64,000 bases of DNA from an uncultured bacterium (GTDB lineage: Bacteria; Omnitrophota; Omnitrophia; Omnitrophales; Aquincolibacteriaceae), in NCBI GenBank assembly GCA_964410905.1, contig CAYPIR010000005.1:33938-97937 (forward strand), in the 5' to 3' direction. Each line of letters opens with the position of its first letter. The stretch's first letter is position 1. Below are positions 49,713 through 59,304 of the stretch, in pieces. Position numbers and translations under genes: made by a program. Under the pieces are notes generated by a model. The model was given only the letters and a program-made list of their open reading frames with translations, was not told the DNA's origin and did not search any database.

Positions 49713-51139
49713 ACTCGGTTCCTCCCTTTGCGTTTCGCGCAATATAGCGCCTTGTCGGCTTTTGATACCAGCTCTTCCGGATCCAACGTATCCGTTGGTA
49801 AATTTGAAACACCGATAGAGACTGTCATTTGAATACGTTCTCGGCGGACTTTAAAAGAAGTTTTTTCGACAGCCTCACGTATTTGCTCCGCGATTTTCAG
49901 AGCCTCTTCCCTCGATGTTTCCGGAAGCAAAATTGCGAATTCTTCTCCGCCATATCTGGTAAGCAACGCTCCACGCACCGTTTTCTTGAGAATCTCCGCG
50001 AATTGAACCAACATCAAATCGCCCGCCTGATGACCAAACTTATCGTTACAATCTTTAAAATGGTCAAGGTCGCACATAAAAAAAGAAAGATTCTTTTTAT
50101 TTGAAATCGCCCGCCGATGTTCTTCATTTAAGCGTTCATAAAAATATCTTCGTATAAAGAGCCCGGTCAACGCGTCTCGTATAGCTAGATCTTCCGTCTT
50201 TTCGTAAAGAATAGCGTTTGAGATAGCCGAAGAGGCAAGAGTAGCCAAAGCGTCTAAAAGTCTTAAATCGTCATGACTAAAAGCGTTCGCCCGCACGGAA
50301 TGAATGGCAAGCGTTCCGCTTACCCTGCCTTCGTAAAAAAGAGGCGCTGCAATCAAACTCCTAAAAGGCGATTTCTTTTCAACATCATCAAGGACAAATC
50401 TGAAATCCTGTTGGGTATCCATAACTATTAAACGTTTTCGATTTTTAATGCACCAAAAATCAAACAAATCTCCCTGCTTAGCGTTCCAATTTCCAACGGG
50501 ACGGTTACGGCGCTTCGCAACAACAGGAAGTTTTGAGTCATCGCCTCTAGCCCAAGTGATTTTGGCAAAATCGCCGCGAGATATAAAATCCATTGTCCTA
50601 TCTACCGTCTTCTGAATTAAATCCGCCCACGACAAACTAGCCGCCATTTCTTCCGCCAATTTTCTTAAATTGTAATAAGTGGAATATTTTTCAAAAAACG
50701 TGCTGATTCCCTCGCCTTTCGTTTTAAACGCGAGCGCTAAATCATTTATTTCATCTTCCGCTTTTTCTTGCCTGATCCCAATCAACGCGATTTGAGATTC
50801 AAAATAGCTTTCGATTCTATACAGCAAAAAAACCATCACTCCATATACCAAAAATACCCAAAGAAACGCCGTCACCTTGGTAATAGACACAATAAAAAAC
50901 ACCAACGGAATAAGCAAAGCGCCGGCGAACACATAAATTCCAAGCCATTTAAACCGCCACCACAAAGTAAACAAAGGCATGGAAAACGCGACGAGTAAAA
51001 TGGCTAGTCTGTCAAGCTGAACATCTGGAGAGACGGAAGTGCGAAGCTGGACTAAAGTAAAAATAACGAGATAAATTAAAAAAACAAGAGAGGCAATCCC
51101 TAATAAAAAAGCAATTTGACGGCGGGTTTGTGAGCCCAT
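49694..51139 (-). CDS. Membrane-anchored diguanylate cyclase (TM, GAF-like, GGDEF); paralog of the downstream gene
   Basis: Motifs RYGGEEF and DLDHFKDCND. The N-terminus has 5-6 TM segments. Confidence 0.8.
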   Translation of the reverse strand: MGSQTRRQIAFLLGIASLVFLIYLVIFTLVQLRTSVSPDVQLDRLAILLVAFSMPLFTLWWRFKWLGIYVFAGALLIPLVFFIVSITKVTAFLWVFLVYGVMVFLLYRIESYFESQIALIGIRQEKAEDEINDLALAFKTKGEGISTFFEKYSTYYNLRKLAEEMAASLSWADLIQKTVDRTMDFISRGDFAKITWARGDDSKLPVVAKRRNRPVGNWNAKQGDLFDFWCIKNRKRLIVMDTQQDFRFVLDDVEKKSPFRSLIAAPLFYEGRVSGTLAIHSVRANAFSHDDLRLLDALATLASSAISNAILYEKTEDLAIRDALTGLFIRRYFYERLNEEHRRAISNKKNLSFFMCDLDHFKDCNDKFGHQAGDLMLVQFAEILKKTVRGALLTRYGGEEFAILLPETSREEALKIAEQIREAVEKTSFKVRRERIQMTVSIGVSNLPTDTLDPEELVSKADKALYCAKRKGRNRVCAAAS

Positions 51140-51156
51140 ATTCTATTCTCGAGACA

Positions 51157-52266
51157 TCACGAAATAGCAACGCCTGTTTGAGGATCAAAAAAATGAGCTT
51201 TGCTCATATCAAACACGACCTGAAGATCCTGATTGGCGCTAGCGGTATCTTGATTGGAAACTCTGACAACAAAATCATTGCTTCCGCTTGTTAGATAAAG
51301 AAAAATTTCCGATCCCATCGGTTCAACCATATCCACAGTGGCTGATATAGTAAATTCAGGACGAGCATCCTGCGCGAAAATTTTGTCATAAATATCTTCC
51401 GGGCGAATCCCCATCGTGAGAGCCTGCCCTTTAAACTGCGCTATACGGGAATAAAAATGCGGCAAAATTCTTAATTTAATATTCTTATCCTGAAAATAAT
51501 AATCACCGCCCTCGGAAAGAACTGTTCCTTTTAAAAAATTCATCGGTGGCGAACCAATAAACTCAGCGACAAATTTATTTTTGGGACGTTCATAAAGATT
51601 GACCGGGTCGGCAACTTGTTGAACTATGCCATGATGCATTACCACTATCCTGTCGCCTAGCGTCAACGCTTCGACTTGATCATGAGTAACATAAATCATC
51701 GTTGCCAGCAAACGGTTATGCAGTTTTTGAATCTCCATGCGCATCTGCACGCGCAGTTTCGCGTCAAGATTGCTCAATGGTTCATCAAACAAAAAAACCT
51801 TGGGTTTTCTAACAATGGCGCGTCCCACCGCGACTCTTTGGCGTTCTCCGCCGGAAAGTTCTTTAGGACGACGTTTCAGCATTTCCATAGTAAGCCCCAA
51901 AATCTCCGCCGCTTCGTGAACGCGGCGATCAATTTCATTTGCTGGATAACGGCGAAGTTTGAGACCAAACGCTAAGTTTTCATAAACTGTCATATGTGGA
52001 TAAAGCGCATAATTTTGAAAGACCATGGCAATATCGCGATTTTTAGCGGGCGTATTATTTACCAGCGAGTTTTCTATAAAAATTTCACCTTCGCTAATTT
52101 CCTCAAGTCCCGCGACCATACGAAGAGTTGTGGATTTTCCGCATCCGGAAGGGCCGACTAAAACAACAAATTCTTTATCCGCGATTTCAAGATTTACGTT
52201 GTTAACGGCCAAGTCGTTTCCGTCCTTATAACGCTTCGACACATTTTTCAAAATAACGTTGGCCAA
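51157..52266 (-). CDS. ABC transporter ATP-binding protein, MalK/UgpC/MsmX family; no cognate permease in the window
   Basis: Walker A GPSGCGKST, signature LSGGERQRV, and a C-terminal TOBE regulatory domain. Confidence 0.85.
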   Translation of the reverse strand: MANVILKNVSKRYKDGNDLAVNNVNLEIADKEFVVLVGPSGCGKSTTLRMVAGLEEISEGEIFIENSLVNNTPAKNRDIAMVFQNYALYPHMTVYENLAFGLKLRRYPANEIDRRVHEAAEILGLTMEMLKRRPKELSGGERQRVAVGRAIVRKPKVFLFDEPLSNLDAKLRVQMRMEIQKLHNRLLATMIYVTHDQVEALTLGDRIVVMHHGIVQQVADPVNLYERPKNKFVAEFIGSPPMNFLKGTVLSEGGDYYFQDKNIKLRILPHFYSRIAQFKGQALTMGIRPEDIYDKIFAQDARPEFTISATVDMVEPMGSEIFLYLTSGSNDFVVRVSNQDTASANQDLQVVFDMSKAHFFDPQTGVAIS

Positions 52267-52281
52267 GAAAGCTCCTTATTT

Positions 52282-53115
52282 TTATGAAAGATATTCGAGC
52301 AGAAGCCCAAGTTTTTCTTTTAATTTTTTACGCGAAACAACAATGTCCACCATTCCGTGATCAAGTAAAAACTCTGATGTTTGAAAGTTTGGCGGAAGTT
52401 TTTGCCGTATAGTTTGTTCGATAACACGCGGCCCGGCAAATCCTAAAAGTGCGCGAGGTTCGGCAATAATCACATCGCCAAGCGACGCAAAACTAGCCAT
52501 GACACCGCCCATTGTCGGATTGGTCAAAACGGAAATAAAAGAGTTCCCTTCATTTTGGAATCTAGCAAGCGCCACGGAAGTTTTTGCCATCTGCATAAGA
52601 CTTAACGCGCCTTCATACATACGAGCTCCGCCACCCGAACCCGAAATCACGATTAAAGGAAGTTTTTCTTCTTGAGCGTGTTCGATAATCCGCGTCAGCT
52701 TTTCACCAACAACCGAACCCATTGACCCCATAATAAACCGAGAGTCAGTTACGCCAAGCGCGCATCTCCTGCTCATAATTTTTGCGGTTCCGACAATACA
52801 AGCGTCTTTGAGTCCAGTCCGCTTCTGATCTTGCTTGATTTTTTCTCTATAGGCTTTAACAGCAGAAAACTTCAGAGGATCTTCTGAGGTGAGGTTGGCG
52901 AAAAGTTCAGAAAAAGTGTCTTTGTCCACGAGATGTTGGATACGCTCAGTCGCTCCCATAATAAAATGATACGAACATTTAGTACATACAAAGAAATTCT
53001 CATGAAGAGTTTTGTGGAACATCACATTTTGACAACTCGGACACTTTGTCCAAAGACCAGCGGGAATACTATTTTTACGAAGACCTTTTGTTATTGGGGC
53101 ATTTGTTTGCGGCAT
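52282..53115 (-). CDS. accD: Acetyl-CoA carboxylase carboxyltransferase beta subunit
   Basis: The N-terminal Zn ribbon CPSCQ...CTKC is followed by a carboxyltransferase fold. Confidence 0.9.
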   Translation of the reverse strand: MPQTNAPITKGLRKNSIPAGLWTKCPSCQNVMFHKTLHENFFVCTKCSYHFIMGATERIQHLVDKDTFSELFANLTSEDPLKFSAVKAYREKIKQDQKRTGLKDACIVGTAKIMSRRCALGVTDSRFIMGSMGSVVGEKLTRIIEHAQEEKLPLIVISGSGGGARMYEGALSLMQMAKTSVALARFQNEGNSFISVLTNPTMGGVMASFASLGDVIIAEPRALLGFAGPRVIEQTIRQKLPPNFQTSEFLLDHGMVDIVVSRKKLKEKLGLLLEYLS

Positions 53116-53149
53116 ATTTCCCTTTTCTAAAGCGAATCGGCAAGAAATA

Positions 53150-53200
53150 CAAACAAAAAAGACGCGGAAACCTTTGCGTGTCTGTTCAATCCCGCGTCTT
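53150..53200 (-). terminator. Rho-independent terminator downstream of tilS
   Basis: Stem AAGACGCGG (53159-53167) pairs with CCGCGTCTT (53192-53200). A T-run follows on the minus strand (ttttgtttgtatttc). Confidence 0.5.
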
Positions 53201-53252
53201 GAAATAAAAAACTACGCGCATTATAAAAAATCCATAAGCAGTGTCAAATGTT

Positions 53253-54269
53253 TTAAACATTCTTAACTTCAGCACGCTCTCCTCCATAAAAAACAATTCG
53301 GGAGCGAGAGACCTCCATGCAAATCTTTCTCGGAAAAAAATATACAAATTTGTTAGCAGAAATATTTTGAGAAATTTCTTGCCACGCGGCGAAATCTATT
53401 CCGCTTGAGGCATCTATGCTCTTAAGCGCCTTTTCCAATATTCTAAACTGAATCGCGGCGTAAGTTTTAAGCAGGAATGCTTTTTTAAGGCTGATATTGC
53501 CATGCTTATTTTTCAGAGAAACTCTCCTCCAGATTTTTTCAGCCTCGCACGCAATAAAATCATTTTCTATTCGCGCTATTTTAGGAATACGCGCCAAAGC
53601 GTCCGCGATTTGCGGATTAAATTTTTTCTTGAGCATGGGCAACAATTCAAGCCTAACTCGATTGCGCAAAAACTTAGCAGAATTATTTGTCTTGTCCTCT
53701 CTAAAAGAGAATTTGTTTTCTGATAAAAAACTCACCAATTCCGTTTTAAAAAAATCAAGCAGCGGACGGACAATTCGGACACCTTCAAAAAAATAATCGG
53801 CACGAATTCCCTGAAGCCCGCGCGTTCCCGTTCCTTGAATAATACGCATTAAGACGGTTTCGGCTTGATCGTCTTTTGTATGCGCAAAGACTACAACCGA
53901 TTTAGAAACTTTTTTTGCCGTTTTAACAAAAAACTCATACCGCAATTTGCGCGCGGACTCTTCTATTGACTGCTTATTTTTCTTCGCGGCATCGGCAACA
54001 TCCGCCTGTCCAACACATATTGGTACTTTATATTTTTCCGCCAGCGCGCGAACAAACTTTTCGTCCTTCGCCGCGTCTGTAGGCCGAAGATTGTGGTTGA
54101 AATGGATTAGAGAAATTTTAATTTTGAGAATTTTTGCGGATAATCTTAGGAGATGAAAAAGTGATACAGAGTCGGAACCGCCGGAACACGCGATAAAAAC
54201 TTTTGTTTTGGGAGAAAATGTTTTTTTCTCTTTTATTCCTTCTAAAAACCTATCGAATAATGTTTTCAT
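53253..54269 (-). CDS. tilS: tRNA(Ile)-lysidine synthetase
   Basis: PP-loop SGGSDS near the N-terminus. 338 aa. Confidence 0.85.
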   Translation of the reverse strand: MKTLFDRFLEGIKEKKTFSPKTKVFIACSGGSDSVSLFHLLRLSAKILKIKISLIHFNHNLRPTDAAKDEKFVRALAEKYKVPICVGQADVADAAKKNKQSIEESARKLRYEFFVKTAKKVSKSVVVFAHTKDDQAETVLMRIIQGTGTRGLQGIRADYFFEGVRIVRPLLDFFKTELVSFLSENKFSFREDKTNNSAKFLRNRVRLELLPMLKKKFNPQIADALARIPKIARIENDFIACEAEKIWRRVSLKNKHGNISLKKAFLLKTYAAIQFRILEKALKSIDASSGIDFAAWQEISQNISANKFVYFFPRKICMEVSRSRIVFYGGERAEVKNV

Positions 54270-54288
54270 TTATTACCGCCGCGGTGAA

Positions 54289-54897
54289 TTAAGTTTTTTT
54301 TAAATAATCGGAAAGTAAGAGCTTGAATTTTTCCAACGCTTGCCCGCGATGCGAGACGCTTGTTTTTTGTTCAAGAGGAATTTCCGCGAAAGTTTTTTTA
54401 AAATTAGGGTAATAAAAAAGTGGGTCATATCCAAAACCGCCTGAACCGCGGTGTTCTTTGATAATAAATCCATGAACTTGCCCGCGGACAACACCGATTA
54501 ACTTTTCAGGCGCGGCGAGCGCGATTGCCGATTCATAATAAGCTGTCCTGTTTTCTTCCGGTATGTCAGTCAAAAGTCGCAATAATTTTTCATTATTGGA
54601 CGCATCATTACCTCGCTCTCCAGAAAATCGCGCCGAGTAAATTCCGGGTGCCCCGTCCAAAGCCTCGCAGCAAAGACCGGAATCTTCCCCAAGCGTCAAA
54701 AGCCTGGTTTGCGAAGCATAACCAACCGCCTTCAATTTCGCATTCTCCTCAAATGTCTTTCCATTTTCCTCTACAACTTTTATGGAAGAAAAATCTTTAA
54801 GGCTGACAATTTCGACATCAAGGTTTTTTAAGACATCTCGCAACTCTTCAAGTTTTTTTAGATTTGTGGTCGCGACAAGAAGTTTTGTTTTAGGCAT
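54289..54897 (-). CDS. rdgB: Non-canonical purine NTP pyrophosphatase (RdgB/HAM1)
   Basis: [14 protein letters not shown]...[19 protein letters not shown].. The start is at the internal ATG 54897. Confidence 0.85.
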   Translation of the reverse strand: MPKTKLLVATTNLKKLEELRDVLKNLDVEIVSLKDFSSIKVVEENGKTFEENAKLKAVGYASQTRLLTLGEDSGLCCEALDGAPGIYSARFSGERGNDASNNEKLLRLLTDIPEENRTAYYESAIALAAPEKLIGVVRGQVHGFIIKEHRGSGGFGYDPLFYYPNFKKTFAEIPLEQKTSVSHRGQALEKFKLLLSDYLKKT

Positions 54898-55603
54898 TCT
54901 TTTTTTGAATCGTGGAAAGTTCATGAATTCCCTTTTTGGCAAGAGTTAAAAGTTTCGCTAAATCAGATTCACTAAAAGGTTCACCTTCAGCCGTGCCTTG
55001 AACTTCCACAAGTTTTCCAGAGCCCGTCATCACAACATTCATATCTACTTCCGCTTTTGAGTCTTCGGCGTAACAAAGGTCCAATACAGGCGCTCCGTTT
55101 ACGATGCCGACACTGATTGCGGCAACAGAATCTTTTATCGGAGATTCCGTCAGCGCGCCCGTTTTAATAAGTTTTTTTATTGCTAGTGAAAGGGCGATAT
55201 AACAGCCCGTAATTGCCGCGGTTCTCGTGCCGCCATCGCCCTGAATAACGTCCGCGTCAATCCAAATCGTCCGCTCGCCTAGTTTTTTTAAATCAACAAT
55301 GGAGCGAAGGCTGCGCCCTATCAGGCGCTGTATCTCTTGCGTTCTGCCTGACACCTTTCCTTTTGCTGCCTCACGGGAAATTCGTTCGTTACAAGACGCT
55401 GGAATCATTCCATATTCGGCGGTCAGCCAGCCCTTAGCTTCCGCTTTGCAAAACAGTGGGACCTTTTCCTCCACGGACGCCGAGCACAAAACCTTTGTGT
55501 CTCCCATTTCTATCAAGCAAGAACCCGCCGCGTTTTTCAGATAATTTGTCTTCACTCTAACTTCACGCAGCTGATTGTTTTTTCGTTTATCAAACCTTGT
55601 CAT
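54890..55603 (-). CDS. rph: Ribonuclease PH
   Basis: 237 aa with the GDGGTRTA motif. Confidence 0.9.
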   Translation of the reverse strand: MTRFDKRKNNQLREVRVKTNYLKNAAGSCLIEMGDTKVLCSASVEEKVPLFCKAEAKGWLTAEYGMIPASCNERISREAAKGKVSGRTQEIQRLIGRSLRSIVDLKKLGERTIWIDADVIQGDGGTRTAAITGCYIALSLAIKKLIKTGALTESPIKDSVAAISVGIVNGAPVLDLCYAEDSKAEVDMNVVMTGSGKLVEVQGTAEGEPFSESDLAKLLTLAKKGIHELSTIQKKNA

Positions 55604-55624
55604 ATTCTCTCCTTATTAGACTCA

Positions 55625-56344
55625 TCATTTAATTGATAATATTTTGTGAAGCTGAACTCCGATGCGAGCGTTCGACAAAATTTTAGATGCCATCTTTTGC
55701 GTGCAATCTAAAAATTTGATATTGCTTTTTGAGACGTATTTTTCTTTACGGTTAAAAGCGAGTTGCAAATAAAGAACAATCTCAGCAGCGTTTTTTTTTA
55801 TTACTTCAAGATGCTCTTTAAATTCTTTTAAATTCAATCCTTTTCGCACGACCGCTTTAAGATAAATTTCTTTCTTTTTAGCAAGAGAGAGAAACTGCCC
55901 GTGCTCCCGCAAAAAATTACCCGATCCTGTTACGCTCGGAAGTTTTATATCCATTGAAACAATATCAACGGCGGCCGAGACTAAACGATAATTTTTCCAC
56001 AAAATGCCGTTCGTCTCTAACAGGATTTTAAAATTTAATTTTTTTAAAACCCTGACAAGCGACATTAAAAAATCAATGTAAATAAGCGGCTCTCCGCCCG
56101 TCAAACTAATTACAGAATGTCGGGCTATTTTATTTAACCTTTTTACTTCGGAGATAACTTCCGAGACAGAATATTGCCTAACTTTATTATTTGCTTCATC
56201 GCAATATCGGCATTTTATGTTGCAGCCAGAAAACCGTATAAAAATTTGCCGCTCGCCCGCTCTTGCCCCTTCACCTTGAAATGATGAAAATATTTCCGTA
56301 ATTGGCGCTTTATTTTGATCATTAAATTTCATTTGCCAGCCCAA
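55625..56344 (-). CDS. queE: 7-carboxy-7-deazaguanine synthase (radical SAM)
   Basis: FSSFQGEGARAG...FIRFSGCNIKCRYCD. Confidence 0.85.
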   Translation of the reverse strand: MGWQMKFNDQNKAPITEIFSSFQGEGARAGERQIFIRFSGCNIKCRYCDEANNKVRQYSVSEVISEVKRLNKIARHSVISLTGGEPLIYIDFLMSLVRVLKKLNFKILLETNGILWKNYRLVSAAVDIVSMDIKLPSVTGSGNFLREHGQFLSLAKKKEIYLKAVVRKGLNLKEFKEHLEVIKKNAAEIVLYLQLAFNRKEKYVSKSNIKFLDCTQKMASKILSNARIGVQLHKILSIK

Positions 56345-57000
56345 AGCGGATCCGAAAGTCCCGCCTCTTGAAAACCTTTTGCGCGAAACTTACAAGAATC
56401 ACAAACTCCGCACGGTTTATCCTCGCCAGCGTAACACGACCAAGTGTTTTCAAACGGCACGCCCAGTTTATTTCCAAGTAAAATTATTTCTTTTTTTGTG
56501 AGGCTTATAAGAGGCGCTTTGATTTCTATTTTTTTACCTAGCACTCCGGCGCGAGTTCCCGCCCAAATCGCATCTCCAACTTTCGCTAAATACTCGGGAC
56601 GGCAATCGGGATAACCGCTGTAATCAAGAACATTCGCTCCGATAAAAACCGTCTCCGCTCCGACAGCCTCCGCGCACGAAATCGCCATCGCAAGAAACAC
56701 GCTATTTCGTCCGGGCACATATGTGGCGGGAATCTCGTTTGTTTTTTTTTCTGTATCATTTTCAGGAATGGAGATTTTTTTATCAAGCAACGCGCTGCCC
56801 TTCCACGGCATGCTAAGAGCGGAAAAATAATGCGCGATTTGCAAATGTTTTGTAGTTTTGCGAGCGGCGGCAATTTCTCTAAAATGCCGCTGTCCATACT
56901 CAACCGACAATGCTATTGCGGTATAGCCTTCCGCACGCGCCGCGTAAAGCGCCACAGTGGAATCAAGTCCGCCGGATAAAAGACAAACTGCTTTTTTCAT
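56329..57000 (-). CDS. queC: 7-cyano-7-deazaguanine synthase
   Basis: PP-loop LLSGGLDS and a C-terminal zinc site CxxC..C. Confidence 0.9.
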   Translation of the reverse strand: MKKAVCLLSGGLDSTVALYAARAEGYTAIALSVEYGQRHFREIAAARKTTKHLQIAHYFSALSMPWKGSALLDKKISIPENDTEKKTNEIPATYVPGRNSVFLAMAISCAEAVGAETVFIGANVLDYSGYPDCRPEYLAKVGDAIWAGTRAGVLGKKIEIKAPLISLTKKEIILLGNKLGVPFENTWSCYAGEDKPCGVCDSCKFRAKGFQEAGLSDPLWAGK

Positions 57001-57839
57001 ACAATTTTGACTTTCTGAATTTTCTCTAAACTTTCTCTCAAAAATATTTCTCCGACTCGAAGAAAATTTCTAACAAAATCGGTTACAAAAATCCGTAAAT
57101 CCGCTTTGCTTTTTCGCGCCGCCAAAAGTCCTAGTTCAGTTAATTTATTTTTAAGTTGAATCGCCGTAGGCTTAGCAGAATCAACCAGCGAAACACCGCG
57201 TCCCATCACCTTAGCGATAGGTTTTGAAAGAAGAGGATAATGCGTGCAACCTAAAATCAGTGTATCAATATTTTTTTGCTTAAGCGGATTGAGATATTTG
57301 TGGGCAATTTCTACGGACACATGGTCATTCAGCCAGCCTTCTTCCGCCAGCGAAACAAATAATGGACAGGCTTTTAAAAAGCATTGAACTGCGGGGCACT
57401 TTTCTTCTATTTGTTTGGAATAACTTCCGCTTTCAATAGTCGCGTTTGTAGCGATTACGCCGATTTTTTTATTTTTAGAAATTTGTATCGCGGCATCAAC
57501 GGCGGGAGATATTACATTGAGAACGGGTATCGATAATTTTTTTGCAAGCGTTTTTGCCGAAACGCTGGAGGCTGAATTACAAGCTATGACGAGCGCTTTT
57601 ATTTTTTTTTGAAGCAAGAAATCCGCGCACGAAAGCGAAAGATGCTTTATTTCTTCATCGGATTTTGTTCCGTATGGGAGATGCGCGAGGTCGCCCAAAT
57701 AAACAATTTCCTCAAAAGGCAATTCCCTGCGGAGGGCACGGACAACCGTCAAACCACCAAGTCCGGAGTCAAAAACTCCTATTGGAGCATTCGCGTCTTT
57801 ATTTTGTTTCCGTTTCGATTCAGAGCCTTTTTTTTTCAT
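56997..57839 (-). CDS. murI: Glutamate racemase
   Basis: Motifs GVFDSGLGGLTV and ...ACNSAS; ...GCTHYP. Confidence 0.85.
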   Translation of the reverse strand: MKKKGSESKRKQNKDANAPIGVFDSGLGGLTVVRALRRELPFEEIVYLGDLAHLPYGTKSDEEIKHLSLSCADFLLQKKIKALVIACNSASSVSAKTLAKKLSIPVLNVISPAVDAAIQISKNKKIGVIATNATIESGSYSKQIEEKCPAVQCFLKACPLFVSLAEEGWLNDHVSVEIAHKYLNPLKQKNIDTLILGCTHYPLLSKPIAKVMGRGVSLVDSAKPTAIQLKNKLTELGLLAARKSKADLRIFVTDFVRNFLRVGEIFLRESLEKIQKVKIV

Positions 57840-57851
57840 AAACTCCGGCGT

Positions 57852-58919
57852 CTAAAGCACTGATACTTTTTTCATCGCGTCTTTAATTCTGCCAAGCCCT
57901 TCTTCAATCTGCTTCACATCAAGCGCGTAACTTAGGCGAATCCTGTCAGGCGACCCGAACCATTCCCCAAGATATGTTATCACTTTAAAATCATTGTAAA
58001 GCACCGACAAAAACTCCCTCGCGTTCTTGCATTTGGGTAAAACATAAAACGCACCTTCTGGTTTCCATAAATCGAATCCTAATTCGCTTAAACCTTTATA
58101 AATGTAATCTCGTCTTTCGCGCCAAATATTTTGTTGTTGAACAATAAAACTTTTTGGAGCTCGCATCGCGGCAAGCGCCATATCTTGTCCAATCAAAGTC
58201 GTGTTCATTGATGTATGAGTTTTAAGTTCGCAAATGTCTTCGACTATTTTTTTATCTGAGCTCCAAAGGTATCCGACCCTCACTCCGCACATGCAATATG
58301 TTTTAGAAAACGAATTTACAGTAATAACTTGAGAGCCTTTAATTTGATAATTTTCACGCTCGTAAATTAAATCTTTATAAACTTCGTCTGATATGACATA
58401 AACACCAAGCTCTTGCGTAACACGTTCAATTTCCTTAAGCGTCTCGATTTTCTCCACAAGTCCGGTCGGATTTGACGGCGAGTTAATAAGCACGGCTTTG
58501 CAGCCTTTTATCTTTTTCTTAAAGTCGTCTATGTCGATTCTGCCGTCTACGAGATCGGTAAAAACGGGCTGCATTCCGCCAAGCTCGACAAGCGGTAAAT
58601 ACGAATAATAAAACGGCCGCGGCAGAAGAATTTTTTCACCTTTTCCCCAGCTGCGAAAAATAAGGTCAAGGGCTTCGGATGCTCCATTGGTAATCACAAA
58701 ATTCTCAGCTGTCGACTTGGGATATTCTTTGGCAAGGCTTTCGCGCAATTTCACTTCACCTTGAATAAGCCCGTAGCGAAGGTCAGAACGAAGATTAAGC
58801 CCCTGAAACGCTTCGTTTGGCGGCGGCAAATCAGGTTGACCAGAGCCGAAACTAATTACGCCATTTCCTTGTTTGCCAATAAAATCCGCGGGACTTTTAA
58901 GTTTTAAAATTTGTGTCAT
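57852..58919 (-). CDS. Class I/II pyridoxal-phosphate aminotransferase (aspartate/aromatic family)
   Basis: ...NSPSNPTG...SFSKTY...GVRVGY (PLP-Lys motif). Confidence 0.8.
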   Translation of the reverse strand: MTQILKLKSPADFIGKQGNGVISFGSGQPDLPPPNEAFQGLNLRSDLRYGLIQGEVKLRESLAKEYPKSTAENFVITNGASEALDLIFRSWGKGEKILLPRPFYYSYLPLVELGGMQPVFTDLVDGRIDIDDFKKKIKGCKAVLINSPSNPTGLVEKIETLKEIERVTQELGVYVISDEVYKDLIYERENYQIKGSQVITVNSFSKTYCMCGVRVGYLWSSDKKIVEDICELKTHTSMNTTLIGQDMALAAMRAPKSFIVQQQNIWRERRDYIYKGLSELGFDLWKPEGAFYVLPKCKNAREFLSVLYNDFKVITYLGEWFGSPDRIRLSYALDVKQIEEGLGRIKDAMKKVSVL

Positions 58920-59010
58920 AGTAGAAAGAAAAGACGTTCCCTTCCAGAACAGTCATTATTATTGTATCGAATTACAGAGGATTAGTTGCGCGGCAAAATC
59001 TCTCCCGCTC

Positions 59011-59283
59011 TTAAGCGTCTTCGTCAGCATCATCTCCGATTTTAATTTCTTCGTCATCTATAATGCATAAAAGCTCATCTCGTCCAACCGCTTCATCTTC
59101 ATCCACGCAAACTTCAGTCAAAACACCCGAAACAGGCGCGGTAACCAGAACCGAGACATCATCCGCGACAAGTTCCGCCAATTCATCGCCTTCTTCAACT
59201 TCATCGCCTTCTTCAAAAAACCAAGTTTTTACTACCGCCTCATCAGCATTTTTGGCAAACCCTTTAGCAAGGACTTCGAACAT
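59011..59283 (-). CDS. Small, highly acidic biotinyl/lipoyl-attachment-domain-like protein that lacks the modifiable lysine
   Basis: 90 aa, ATG preceded by AAGGAG. WFFEEGDEVEEGDELAELVADDVSVLVTAPVSGVLTEV aligns by eye to the AccB/E2 hybrid-motif hairpin (VGD.L..iEAMKm...I.AP.SG.V..I). The position of the modified Lys is occupied by Asp. Confidence 0.55.
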   Translation of the reverse strand: MFEVLAKGFAKNADEAVVKTWFFEEGDEVEEGDELAELVADDVSVLVTAPVSGVLTEVCVDEDEAVGRDELLCIIDDEEIKIGDDADEDA

Positions 59284-59304
59284 CGCCTGTATCTCCTTTA
59301 TTGG

